The notes under the pieces were generated by a model that ran no database searches, was not told the origin of the DNA, and saw only the letters and a program-made list of their open reading frames with translations. Shown here piece after piece: positions 28,155-37,226 of a stretch of DNA of 64,000 nt (position 1 is its first letter; each line of letters opens with the position of its first letter). Both the position numbers and the translations under genes were made by a program. The DNA lies in IMG/VR virus record IMGVR_UViG_3300042502_000594, positions 1,485 through 65,484 of that record; one strand, 5' to 3'. This DNA is from a virus (taxonomy: Duplodnaviria; Caudoviricetes).

Positions 28155-30075
28155 GGTATCCATCTACAAAGACTTCAATGACCTGCAAGGACACACAATT
28201 AGTGTACTGGGCGCACTTGAACGAATTAGGACTGGAAAATCAAAGGCACTTGTTGAGAAGGCGAGGGAAGCCAAGACCAAGAAAGAGGCGGACGAGTTAA
28301 AAAAGAAACTCCCAGCAGTTTGTTTCAGTGGAACTTTTTCCAAAAGGAAGGATTCTGAGCTGATTGAACACTCCGGATACATCGTGTTGGACTTCGATAA
28401 CGTGGCGGATATGGCCCAAAAACGAAGCGAATTGTGTTCAGTGAGGTATATTACCGCTGTTTGGGAATCACCCTCAGGAAAGGGCTTAAAAGCGCTCGTC
28501 CAAATTGAGTGGAAAACAAAGCATAAGGAACACTTTGATGCTTTGATGGAGGAGATGCCCGACATTGACAAGACTGGTCGAAATGTTTCTCGCCTATGCT
28601 TTGAGTCGTATGATCCTCAAGTTTGGTATAACCCAAACGCTGAGGTATACAGCAAGTTGCCTGTAAAGAAAGAAGACAGGAGGTTGCCCCAACAGACAAC
28701 TACAGAGACTATTAACGACGACGACAAGATATTCCAAAACCTTCTAACGTGGATGACGTCCAAGGGTGATGCGTTCCGTGAAGGAGAAAGGAACCACTTT
28801 GTGTTCAAACTCGCAGCAAGCTGTTGCAGATTTGGGATGATGGAAGAGACGTGCTATAGCCTGATGATGATGCACGTTACCCCAGACTCTAGCTTTAGTC
28901 AGAAGGAGTGCAGGCAAGCCATTCGCAGCGCGTATAGGGCCAACATGAATCAGTGGAACACCGCTGAGTTTACTAAAGACCAACTGGTTACAAAGAGTAA
29001 CCACAAGGAAGTAGAGATCGTAATCACCGCAGAAGATGCGGAGAATATCGCCGCAGAAGATGTCATTTATGCGGAGGAAGTATTTGAACAGGCGTCTGAG
29101 ATTTATCACAAGGGCTATCAGGCGGCCATGCCGCTTGGCGTTCCGCTTCTAGACAAACACTTCAAAAGAGTCAAGGGAGAATTAACAATTGTTTCCGGAA
29201 TTGGAAACTACGGTAAGTCTTCTTTCATGAAGTGGGAGATGATATTCCGCATGGTCAGGTTCGGGGAGAAGGTTGCCATATTCACTCCTGAGGAATTACC
29301 TGCTGAACAGTTTTATCATGACCTAGTTGAAATTTACTTTGGTAAGGACTGCACTCCGAATAATTACCACAGGCCGAGTTACGATTCGTACAAGAAGGTG
29401 TACGAAATGATTGGTCAACACATCTTCATGGTGTACCCCAAGAACGTAAGCCCGACTCCTGACTACGTGAAAGAAGTCTTCCTAAGCATGATCATCAAGC
29501 ACGGAATAGACCGCGTTGTAATCGACCCGTTCAATCAGATGGCAAACGACTACACCAAGGGAGGTGGTCGAAGCGACAAGTACCTTGAGACGTTCCTTTC
29601 TGACTGCACAAGGTTTGCAAGGAAGAACAACGTGTACTTCGACATCGTTGTCCACCCGCACAAGATGAGGAAGGGAGACGACGGAAACTACCCATGCCCG
29701 GAGGTGTTCGACCTTGCAGATGGAGCGATGTGGAACAACAAGGCGGACAACATCATCATCTACCACAGGCCTGTTGCTCAGACAGCTCCCGAAAGTCCGC
29801 TCTGTGAGTTTCACTCCAAGAAGATCCGCAGACAGAAGATCGTCGGGATAAAGGGTTTCTTTGACTTTGAACTTGTAAGGTCTACTCGCAGGTTTATGTT
29901 TGATGGAGTAGATTATTTGCAGAGAGCCATAGACGGTCAGTACGTTCAGTCTAACATCGAAGAGCCAAAGCCCTCTGTAATCAAGCCAAACAGAAACTGG
30001 ACTGATTCTAAAGAAGCAAAGGAATGGAATGAGGAGCCAGGACACCCGAACGGGTATAGGGAGGATTGGGAATGA
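28123..30075 (+). CDS. Primase-helicase (VirE-N/BT4734-like + PriCT + SF4 DnaB/T7 gp4-like helicase)
   Basis: KKKLPAVCFSGTF, HSGYIVLDFD, SPSGKGLK, GERN; Walker A GIGNYGKS, VVIDPFN, VHPHK, W.NKADN. Confidence 0.85.
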   Translation: MTQMMQGINGKVSIYKDFNDLQGHTISVLGALERIRTGKSKALVEKAREAKTKKEADELKKKLPAVCFSGTFSKRKDSELIEHSGYIVLDFDNVADMAQKRSELCSVRYITAVWESPSGKGLKALVQIEWKTKHKEHFDALMEEMPDIDKTGRNVSRLCFESYDPQVWYNPNAEVYSKLPVKKEDRRLPQQTTTETINDDDKIFQNLLTWMTSKGDAFREGERNHFVFKLAASCCRFGMMEETCYSLMMMHVTPDSSFSQKECRQAIRSAYRANMNQWNTAEFTKDQLVTKSNHKEVEIVITAEDAENIAAEDVIYAEEVFEQASEIYHKGYQAAMPLGVPLLDKHFKRVKGELTIVSGIGNYGKSSFMKWEMIFRMVRFGEKVAIFTPEELPAEQFYHDLVEIYFGKDCTPNNYHRPSYDSYKKVYEMIGQHIFMVYPKNVSPTPDYVKEVFLSMIIKHGIDRVVIDPFNQMANDYTKGGGRSDKYLETFLSDCTRFARKNNVYFDIVVHPHKMRKGDDGNYPCPEVFDLADGAMWNNKADNIIIYHRPVAQTAPESPLCEFHSKKIRRQKIVGIKGFFDFELVRSTRRFMFDGVDYLQRAIDGQYVQSNIEEPKPSVIKPNRNWTDSKEAKEWNEEPGHPNGYREDWE

Positions 30076-30179
30076 CGAAAAAAACCATATCGGGTATAAA
30101 TTTAACAATTTTTTTCTTGCACAAAAGAAACATATATGCTACATTTGCGAATATAATCAATTAATTAATCATAAAAATT

Positions 30180-30812
30180 ATGGGATTAAATCAAGGTGGT
30201 TCATCAAACCGTACTTACCTCAGCATATCTGACGGTAAGATTGCTAGGCGAGTTCAAGAAGGAACAGCTGGCTCAATTAAGTGTAACAGCAAGGACGGCA
30301 CAAGCGTGTGGTACGAACAGCGATTTGCTTCGCTGTCTGGTCACATCACGGACGTATTCAAGCGCGTATCCGAAAAAGGATATGGAGACCAACTCTGCAT
30401 AGTTCTAAAGGATGGAGGAGAAGAATATCAAATCCAAATGCCTTGGTCTTCACGATACTCGTCAGGTTTTTTCTTATGTATGCCAAACATCGACGCAGGA
30501 AAGGAAATTACTCTTTCTCCGTGGTCAAAGCAAATTGATGGAAAAACTCGCACAATGCTTTATTTGCGCCATGGCCAAGAGGACATCAAGTGGGCATGGA
30601 CCAAAGACAACCCAGGCAACATGCCAGAAATGAAACAGATCAAGGTGAAGGGACAAGTTGTATGGGACGACTCAGAGCGCCAGGAGTTCTTTGAGAGGCA
30701 CCTCAACGACATCTTCCTTCCACAGGTAAAGGCTGTGAGTTCTGTAAAGAAATTAGACTCATACGCTGCTATAGCTCCTTCTGAGGACCCTGGAGACGAC
30801 TTACCATTCTAA
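30180..30812 (+). CDS. ssb: Single-stranded DNA-binding protein (putative)
   Basis: Acidic C-terminus ending DDLPF; next to the helicase; preceded by a TACATTTG box. Confidence 0.65.
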   Translation: MGLNQGGSSNRTYLSISDGKIARRVQEGTAGSIKCNSKDGTSVWYEQRFASLSGHITDVFKRVSEKGYGDQLCIVLKDGGEEYQIQMPWSSRYSSGFFLCMPNIDAGKEITLSPWSKQIDGKTRTMLYLRHGQEDIKWAWTKDNPGNMPEMKQIKVKGQVVWDDSERQEFFERHLNDIFLPQVKAVSSVKKLDSYAAIAPSEDPGDDLPF

Positions 30813-30878
30813 TCTTAACCAAGAGTCGTGGCGGGGGATAAACGCAGGTAAACCCGCCACGGCTTTAAACAAACGAAC

Positions 30879-31364
30879 ATGAGATACACATTCAAAGACC
30901 TAGTGGACCTTGTCCACGTAAACAAACGGAACGAGTTTACAAAAATTTACGAGTACTTACATAAGATAGACAACCCTCAGGAGAACGAAATTCTTGAGAA
31001 GGTTGGCAAACACTTCGAGGTTACACCTAAGGAGATCAAGGGAAGGAACAGGTACGCCGACGTTGTACTAGCAAGACAGATGTTCATGGCAACAATCAAG
31101 GTGTGTTCAACTAAAACCCTTGCCGAGGTTGCAAGGATCGTAGACAGAGACCACGCCACCGTTTGTCACGCCATGAAGACCATTCGCATGGACTACGACT
31201 ACAACCCGGCTAGAAGGAACAAGATAAGACACTTCATCGCCGACCTAGACCCAACAAGACAAGAACTATTATTAGACTTTTTAAATGAACGGAACCCCGA
31301 TATACTTGCCGCCTACTCCATCGACGCTGACCGAGTTACAGCACCTTCGGAATTTGAGGCATAA
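30879..31364 (+). CDS. DnaA C-terminal-like HTH DNA-binding protein
   Basis: ILEKVGKHFEVTPKEIKGRNRYADVVLARQ...TLAEVARIVDRDHATVCHA matches the DnaA domain IV signature. Confidence 0.8.
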   Translation: MRYTFKDLVDLVHVNKRNEFTKIYEYLHKIDNPQENEILEKVGKHFEVTPKEIKGRNRYADVVLARQMFMATIKVCSTKTLAEVARIVDRDHATVCHAMKTIRMDYDYNPARRNKIRHFIADLDPTRQELLLDFLNERNPDILAAYSIDADRVTAPSEFEA

Positions 31365-31551
31365 CCTCCTCATTCAGGACATGGAATACCCCAAGCTGGG
31401 TATACACAAGCCAAAGATTAAATACGACCGTGAAAAGTCTCTCATGCGTTTGATTAACGTAAGGCTGTACGAACTAACCGGAAATGATATGTATCTTTGG
31501 ATCAGCGGACACTTTAACGAACTTAAAAAAATAGAAGATGGGACGAATTGA
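31285..31551 (+). CDS. Hypothetical protein (88 aa)
   Basis: ORF overlapping flanking plus-strand genes. Confidence 0.5.
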   Translation: MNGTPIYLPPTPSTLTELQHLRNLRHNLLIQDMEYPKLGIHKPKIKYDREKSLMRLINVRLYELTGNDMYLWISGHFNELKKIEDGTN

Positions 31552-31816
31552 AATAAAAGACGCAAAGCGCACAGTAGACGGACAGAAGGTCAACGCATAC
31601 CGCGTCCGTACTATTGGAGACAACAACGAAATACTTCAGACCTCTGAGGTATTGAACACGATTGACAGCGTAAAGAAACATATCCGGGCAATGGCCCTTG
31701 CATGGAACAGCGAGGGGTACGCCGAGGTTGTAGACTGCACGTATCGCGGAAAGTTTGATGGTAAAATCATTGACCTTGAAGAGTACGACAAGCTAAAGTT
31801 TGAAACAATTTCCTAA
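31538..31816 (+). CDS. YegP/DUF1508-like protein
   Basis: YRVRTIGDNNEILQTSEVLNT...KKHIRAM resembles the YegP motif FRLKAxNGEIIATSEGY. Confidence 0.55.
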   Translation: MGRIEIKDAKRTVDGQKVNAYRVRTIGDNNEILQTSEVLNTIDSVKKHIRAMALAWNSEGYAEVVDCTYRGKFDGKIIDLEEYDKLKFETIS

Positions 31817-32222
31817 TGGACACCATTGAGTCTATCATGTACGTGCCATACAATGTGTGTGAGGGCGGCGAAGAAAAAATAATGTATATTTGCGTCCCTG
31901 CCACACTGGTAATCATGAGGAATCAAAAAGTCGAAAAATCACAATTTATATTTTGGAACTAAAAAAGTCATTCCCAGCCTACATGTTGGAACTTCCCAAC
32001 ATTACACTTACAGCATTCCTGTTTGCGTTCGTTATCGCGTTTGTGTTTTCCCTTTGGGAGAAGAACTACGCAACTGCGATTGCTTCGTTTCTAATCGTTG
32101 CATCCATCCTTCCAATTAAGTACTACATGTGGAAGAAGATAAAGGTGCAAGGCGATGACAACGAAAAAAAGCACAAAGTCATCGTAATCAAAAGAAAGTG
32201 AGCAAACTAAATTGTTTGTCGA

Positions 32223-32313
32223 TACATTTGCTGAGTTGTGCTTTTATAGCGCAAGTTCAGTTTGTTTTATTCATTTCGTTTGTGAAAACCGTCTCCTAAG
32301 CGAGGCGGTTTTT
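32223..32313 (+). ncRNA. Candidate small RNA (promoter, U-rich segment, terminator)
   Basis: TACATTTG 32223-32230; terminator AAAACCGTCTC-CTAAGC-GAGGCGGTTTTT 32285-32313; no credible ORF between them. Confidence 0.55.
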
Positions 32314-32356
32314 GCTTTTATGGTGATAGTTATTACATTTGCAAATATCTACCTTA

Positions 32357-33376
32357 ATGAAAAACAACGTACAGAACTATCGCAACATCTTAAACGACAC
32401 GCGAGACCTTAGTCAAAACAAAAAGATTGAATTAGAGTATGATAACGTAACGTCCGGGATCACACTTGACTCTTTTAAACGACAGTTTCTCTCCTGGAAG
32501 AAGAACAACAAAGTAGAACCAGTAAAGAAGGCCAGGATAACTCCAAAGGCCATCGCAAACGCATTCGAGGATATCATTAATGAGCTGATTCCCGACAGTA
32601 ACCCACTAGGGTTGCCTGACTCAAAGGAAAAAAGTTACAGCCCATATAAATTCCCAGTTAATCACAATGATATCCTATTTCTCACCGACATTCACGTACC
32701 ATATCACAACATTCCCGCCCTCACAGCGGCGCTCAAGTACGGACTTGAAAACGAGGTCAACACGGTCTACATCAACGGGGACCTCATCGACTTCTATGCG
32801 ATCAGCCGGTTCCAAAAAGACCCGCGCAAGAGAGACCTCGCTTCTGAAATCTATATGGCAAGGGAGTTCCTCTACACACTGCGGAAGCTGTTCCCTACTC
32901 AAGCAATATACTTCAAGGCAGGAAACCACGACATTCGCTGGGACCACTACCTGATCAACAACGCGTCAGATTTAGTTGGGATTGAAGAATTCTCCTTGGA
33001 ATCCATCCTGCATCTCAACCAGCTCAACATTACCTTCATCCCAGACAAGCAGCTTGTAAGAATGGGCAAGCTAATAGCCCTGCATGGTCACGAGTTTGGG
33101 TCAAGCATGTTCAGCCCGGTGAACATTGCCCGTGGACTTTACCTCCGGGCCAAGGACAACGCAATCTGCGGGCACCACCACCAGACGTCGGAGCATACCG
33201 AGCCAAACATCAACGGCAAGGTTACGACCTGCTGGTCGGTAGCCTGTTTGTGTGAGCTGCACCCTGACTATATGCCGATCAACAAGTTTACTCACGGCTT
33301 TGCACACGTGAAAGTGTTTGATAATGAGGAGTTTGAGGTTACAAACTACCGGATTGTGAACGGCAAGATTAAGTAA
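32357..33376 (+). CDS. Calcineurin-like metallophosphoesterase
   Basis: DIHVPYH, NGDLIDF, GNHD, HGHE and GHHH motifs; ATG 32357 follows the TACATTTG box at 32334-32341. Confidence 0.9.
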   Translation: MKNNVQNYRNILNDTRDLSQNKKIELEYDNVTSGITLDSFKRQFLSWKKNNKVEPVKKARITPKAIANAFEDIINELIPDSNPLGLPDSKEKSYSPYKFPVNHNDILFLTDIHVPYHNIPALTAALKYGLENEVNTVYINGDLIDFYAISRFQKDPRKRDLASEIYMAREFLYTLRKLFPTQAIYFKAGNHDIRWDHYLINNASDLVGIEEFSLESILHLNQLNITFIPDKQLVRMGKLIALHGHEFGSSMFSPVNIARGLYLRAKDNAICGHHHQTSEHTEPNINGKVTTCWSVACLCELHPDYMPINKFTHGFAHVKVFDNEEFEVTNYRIVNGKIK

Positions 33377-33454
33377 TAGCTGTAACATTTTTATGCACGT
33401 TTTTGTTACAGGACGTGTACATTTTTTTCTGTATTTTGCATAACAGGATGTGCA

Positions 33455-33697
33455 ATGGAGAACCCAAGGATCAAATACAGGAAGTTAGGCAGGGAAAGGG
33501 CGCGTGGCCTTTACCATGAGGACGGTCTTATTGAGATCGATCCAAGACTCCCTGCAAAGGAACACCTTGAGGTAATTATTCACGAATATCTTCACCACGA
33601 GTTCAAACACTGGGAGGAAAGCCATGTTGAAGAATACGGGAGAAAAATCTCCGAGTTCTTATGGGCATTAGGTTACAGACGCGTAAATTTGGAATGA
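33455..33697 (+). CDS. Small HExxH zincin-like protein (IrrE/ImmA-like)
   Basis: GLYHEDGLIEIDPRL...EVIIHEYLH...EESHVEE. Confidence 0.65.
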   Translation: MENPRIKYRKLGRERARGLYHEDGLIEIDPRLPAKEHLEVIIHEYLHHEFKHWEESHVEEYGRKISEFLWALGYRRVNLE

Positions 33698-33698
33698 C

Positions 33699-33950
33699 AT
33701 GAGAGTTATCCTTCCGATCGTTGTGGATACAGACGAAAAAAGAATCGCAGAGATGGTTGGCTCTACGCCAGACAAGTTCGAATGCGAGCCGGCTGTGTTT
33801 TATTCAATAGACAACGTGCGTCCATACATGAACTTTAAAAACCTGTGCATGGTAAGCAGTGGTGGAGACGACTTTATTGTCGGACTGTCGATGGAGGAGG
33901 TAGACGAGATCATTATGGACGACTTTACATTCACGTTTAGCGCAAATTAA
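33699..33950 (+). CDS. Hypothetical protein (83 aa)
   Basis: ORF 1 nt after the previous stop. Confidence 0.55.
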   Translation: MRVILPIVVDTDEKRIAEMVGSTPDKFECEPAVFYSIDNVRPYMNFKNLCMVSSGGDDFIVGLSMEEVDEIIMDDFTFTFSAN

Positions 33951-34009
33951 TGTTAATTTTCTTGCATATTGCCACGCGTGTATTATATTTGCCAACATAA
34001 ATAAACGAA

Positions 34010-34468
34010 ATGAACGATTTAGAAAGAAAAAAACGACTGATTGTGACCGCCCTAGGCGCACAACAGATCTACGCGCAGTGTCACGACGAGTGTGTGGACC
34101 TAAAGTTCTTCAAGCATGACCTGAAGATGCACTCCAAGAACCTAATTGCCAAGCTAGAGCGTGAGCTGATGCCGATCTTTGGCGTTCTTGGTAACGTGGA
34201 CGGCGGGGACGCATATCTAAACGCTGTAAGCTCGATGGAGGACACCTTGCAGAACCTTGCGACACTCCCTGTGGAGTACTGGGCATTAGTAAACCAAGGG
34301 ATTTATGACATAAAACAACTAATTCATGAAAAGAACCAAGAAGGGGATAACGGAGTACCTGGCGGAGAGGATAATGGAGTGGAATCCGAAGGTGGACAGC
34401 CAAGCGATAGCATGGACGCTGAGCCGGAACATACCTCAGCTCAAGAGCATGAGGCAGGCGGACATTGA
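34010..34468 (+). CDS. Hypothetical protein
   Basis: Upstream TATATTTG box and A-rich leader; low-complexity tail overlaps ORF 34326..34583. Confidence 0.55.
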   Translation: MNDLERKKRLIVTALGAQQIYAQCHDECVDLKFFKHDLKMHSKNLIAKLERELMPIFGVLGNVDGGDAYLNAVSSMEDTLQNLATLPVEYWALVNQGIYDIKQLIHEKNQEGDNGVPGGEDNGVESEGGQPSDSMDAEPEHTSAQEHEAGGH

Positions 34469-34683
34469 AACACTTCTTCAGGCCTGCAAAGATGATCTTT
34501 CCCAATGGTCCTATACCGGTCACGACTCCCCTTGGAGACGGATACATCCTCTACATAACACCGAACGGCTTCCTGGAGAATGACGAGATAACGGTCGTGC
34601 TGTCAAACGGCGGCGAAATAAGGCACTTCTCTAGCGACCAGGTGCGTGTGTGGAAAAACTCAACCTACGGGATACATGAATAA
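34465..34683 (+). CDS. Hypothetical phage protein
   Basis: PIPVTTPLGDGY...ENDE...GEIRHF, protein-like composition; exact start uncertain. Confidence 0.55.
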   Translation: MKHFFRPAKMIFPNGPIPVTTPLGDGYILYITPNGFLENDEITVVLSNGGEIRHFSSDQVRVWKNSTYGIHE

Positions 34684-34818
34684 CTACGTGATAACGATAT
34701 GGGACGGCGAGAAGATCGTCCACAACGCAAGGGCTAAGGCCAAGAGTCCTGAATCTGCCAAGACAAAGGCTTTAAGTGACTGTTTGAAGATGGATAAACT
34801 AATGGGAACTGAACGTAA

Positions 34819-35046
34819 ATGGTTAAGCTACAGATGGGACATACAAGCGACAATAAGCCGATAAAATACGCCTCAGACCTACTCAATGAAGTGGTTATGG
34901 ACATGATTATGCGTGAAAAGAAGGGTTTTTCTCAGTATAATCACACAATGGACCGCACGGACCTGACCAAAGACGAGTGGCTGCAACACGCATACGAGGA
35001 GGCGCTCGACCTTGCGCTGTATCTCAAGAAGATTATGAACTCATAA
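34819..35046 (+). CDS. Small all-alpha NTP-pyrophosphohydrolase-like (MazG-like) protein
   Basis: KGFSQYNHTMDRTDL...WLQHAYEEALDLALYL with an EExxD motif. Confidence 0.55.
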   Translation: MVKLQMGHTSDNKPIKYASDLLNEVVMDMIMREKKGFSQYNHTMDRTDLTKDEWLQHAYEEALDLALYLKKIMNS

Positions 35047-35055
35047 ACAAACGAA

Positions 35056-35337
35056 ATGAAAAAGAAGACACAGTACACAATCTTTGCCTATGAGCCAGGC
35101 ACTGAGGTTTATGCCATCTCGATGTGGCATGATAACGGAAAGCCAACCGACCACCTCGCAATCTACAAGGCCAAGGTGGCGTCGTGGAGCTATGACGCGG
35201 AAGAGAAAGACGTTCTCTACTACCTTGAAAGCCCCGGCGGCAAGTGGTGGGGAGACAGTATCAAAGGGGAGTATGTTTCAGAATCTTTTGAAGAGCTTTC
35301 TCAGTACGCTAAAGAACTCTGGACAAATGGGAAATAA
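35056..35337 (+). CDS. Hypothetical protein (93 aa)
   Basis: A-rich leader ACAAACGAA before the ATG. Confidence 0.6.
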   Translation: MKKKTQYTIFAYEPGTEVYAISMWHDNGKPTDHLAIYKAKVASWSYDAEEKDVLYYLESPGGKWWGDSIKGEYVSESFEELSQYAKELWTNGK

Positions 35338-35427
35338 AAACAACCTCCGCAGAGACATTGAACACGTCGTCCCCTACCTGATCTTACTTGCAATTTATGC
35401 AGCAATAATGCTAATACTATTTTCGCT

Positions 35428-36492
35428 ATGAGTGAAAAGGTAAAGTACATTTCCGTCTGTAGCGGAATAGAAGCAGCCTCCGTTGCGTGGCACGACATGG
35501 GATGGGAACCCGTGGCATTCTCAGAGATTGAACCGTTCCCCTCAGAGGTTCTCAAAATCAGATTTCCAAACACCCCGAACTGGGGTGACATGACTAAATT
35601 TAATACTTGGCCAAATGCAAATGTCAATCTTCTCGTTGGAGGCACACCATGCCAGTCCTTCTCAGTCGCAGGTCTCAGACAAGGTCTTAAGGACCCAAGA
35701 GGCAATCTCATGCTCACGTTTCTTGCAATCGCTGAGCGTTACAAACCTAAGTGGATTGTCTGGGAAAACGTCCCCGGAGTCCTGTCATCTAACGGAGGAA
35801 AGGATTTTGGTTCCTTCCTCGGGGCGTTGGGGGAGTTGGGGTACGGGTGGGCCTATCGGGTACTGGACGCTCAATGGTTCGGAGTGGCCCAAAGACGTAA
35901 ACGTGTGTTTGTTGTCGGATGTCTTGGAGACCAACGAGCTGCCGCAGAGGTTCTATTTGAGTCAGAAAGCGTGTCAAGGAATCCTGCGCCGAGCAGAGAA
36001 AAGAGGCAAGCAGTTACCAGAGCAACTGAAGAGAGCGTTGGAAGCGGTAAGTGGTGGGACGGAGGAGACACCTCAGCAACCCTAACTACAAGAAGTGGCG
36101 GACAGTACATGCCCGACAAAGACAACTTCCAAGCAGTAATTCAGCCAACCATAATAGACCGTGCTGCATTCAACCAGGGCGAGAATGCTCAATATGAACC
36201 AAAGATTGAGGAGTCGGAAACCATGCCTTCACTTGTTGCGAGGGGTCCACACGCTGTTGCCCACACGGCTTCACGCATAAGCAATCCTCCGATGGCTATC
36301 AGACGCCTTACCCCGGTGGAGTGCGAAAGGCTTCAAGGCTTTCCCGACAATTGGACAAAGATCCCGTGGAAGAAGAAACCAGCAGAGGATTGTCCCGACG
36401 GACCAAGATACAAGGCGTGTGGGAACTCAATGGCCGTTCCTGTAATGCGGTGGATTGGTCAGCGAATAAACAAAAAAACCGACCATTTCTGA
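35428..36492 (+). CDS. DNA (cytosine-5)-methyltransferase
   Basis: Motif I SVCSGIE, IV GGTPCQSFS, VI WENVPG, VIII AQRRKRVF, IX RRLTPVECERLQGFP, X YKACGNS. Confidence 0.95.
   Translation: MSEKVKYISVCSGIEAASVAWHDMGWEPVAFSEIEPFPSEVLKIRFPNTPNWGDMTKFNTWPNANVNLLVGGTPCQSFSVAGLRQGLKDPRGNLMLTFLAIAERYKPKWIVWENVPGVLSSNGGKDFGSFLGALGELGYGWAYRVLDAQWFGVAQRRKRVFVVGCLGDQRAAAEVLFESESVSRNPAPSREKRQAVTRATEESVGSGKWWDGGDTSATLTTRSGGQYMPDKDNFQAVIQPTIIDRAAFNQGENAQYEPKIEESETMPSLVARGPHAVAHTASRISNPPMAIRRLTPVECERLQGFPDNWTKIPWKKKPAEDCPDGPRYKACGNSMAVPVMRWIGQRINKKTDHF
35615..36085 (+). CDS. Nested alternative-frame ORF, M.EcoHK31I beta-polypeptide-like
   Basis: 156 aa in the +1 frame inside the MTase; RWGSWGTG...YWTLN.SEWP...CLLSDVLET...YLS..AC.GILRRAEKRGKQLPEQLKRAL resembles the beta subunit of heterodimeric C5-MTases. 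Confidence 0.65.
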   Translation: MQMSIFSLEAHHASPSQSQVSDKVLRTQEAISCSRFLQSLSVTNLSGLSGKTSPESCHLTEERILVPSSGRWGSWGTGGPIGYWTLNGSEWPKDVNVCLLSDVLETNELPQRFYLSQKACQGILRRAEKRGKQLPEQLKRALEAVSGGTEETPQQP

Positions 36493-36500
36493 TCGGCTTT
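36471..36500 (-). terminator. Intrinsic terminator of the small basic protein operon
   Basis: Minus strand GCCGATCA-GAAA-TGGTCGGT then T run; overlaps the MTase stop. Confidence 0.7.
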
Positions 36501-36540
36501 AGTCGTAACTACAACGGTCCCTGCACGAGACCGTGTTTCT

Positions 36541-36804
36541 TTAGCAGTCCCACTTTCTCAAAGCTAAAGCCTTGCGAGTGGGTTTGCCATTTGGTTTCTT
36601 CATAGGACCTGGCATACCACCCATTCTAGCACAAAAAGACTTCCTCCGAGCAGCGCTCTTGGGAGACTTCTTTGCTTGCTTGGCCGATACTGGGGGCTTC
36701 AATGTGCCTCCTGTTTCACGCTTGTACGAGGCTCGGCCCTTGGCGTTTAGACCGCCTTCTGGGTTCTTGCCCTCCTTTCTTTGCCATGCTGCTGTCCTTG
36801 CCAT
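36541..36804 (-). CDS. Small basic phage protein (DUF6321-like)
   Basis: WQRKEGKNPEGGLNAKGRASY...RRKSFCARM...ALRKWDC. Confidence 0.75.
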   Translation of the reverse strand: MARTAAWQRKEGKNPEGGLNAKGRASYKRETGGTLKPPVSAKQAKKSPKSAARRKSFCARMGGMPGPMKKPNGKPTRKALALRKWDC

Positions 36805-36959
36805 TATTTTTTCTTTTTAGCGGTCTTTTTTGACTTCTCAAAGTCCTTCGATGTAGGTGCGCCTGGTGTTCCGGGCTTCCTCATCTTCTCGCCTGATCCC
36901 TCAGCTATTCGCTTTCTCTTGGCGTGAATGTTCGCATATAGTCCTGCCTTTGCTTTCAT
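36804..36959 (-). CDS. Small basic phage protein (51 aa)
   Basis: Hand-translated MKAKAGLYANIHAKRKRIAEGSGEKMRKPGTPGAPTSKDFEKSKKTAKKKK; coupled on both sides. Confidence 0.75.
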   Translation of the reverse strand: MKAKAGLYANIHAKRKRIAEGSGEKMRKPGTPGAPTSKDFEKSKKTAKKKK

Positions 36960-37075
36960 CCTTGTCCTCTTGATGGTTTTACATTCTTGTCCATTGGTGA
37001 CTTGCGCTTAAAAGGCTTCCCATCCTTGCGCTTGCCAAACGTGGTCTTAGACCCGGTACCCATCGCCTTAGCCAT
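36956..37075 (-). CDS. Small basic peptide (39 aa)
   Basis: Hand-translated MAKAMGTGSKTTFGKRKDGKPFKRKSPMDKNVKPSRGQG; ATGA overlap with the next gene. Confidence 0.65.
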   Translation of the reverse strand: MAKAMGTGSKTTFGKRKDGKPFKRKSPMDKNVKPSRGQG

Positions 37076-37226
37076 GGCTACCCCCTTCACACTTACACTT
37101 CTCCGCCTCCTTGGCCTCCATCTCCATCCTTTCCATCTCCGAGCGACGTCTGTTCTTTACCATCTGCTTGGCAGGTGTATACCCCCCAAACATGTTATCC
37201 ATAAAGTCCTGTGACGCGTATTTCAT
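37068..37226 (-). CDS. Small hypothetical protein
   Basis: MKYASQDFMDNMFGG...; ATG 37226 follows a TATATTTG box (37247-37240). Confidence 0.55.
   Translation of the reverse strand: MKYASQDFMDNMFGGYTPAKQMVKNRRRSEMERMEMEAKEAEKCKCEGGSHG

Noticed and set aside
30879-31364. Bacterial dnaA implying host chromosome
   Set aside because: Only the C-terminal HTH domain, no AAA+ domain; embedded among phage genes.
32212-32412. 66-aa hydrophobic ORF
   Set aside because: TTG start upstream of the promoter, and it reads through a terminator and a second promoter.
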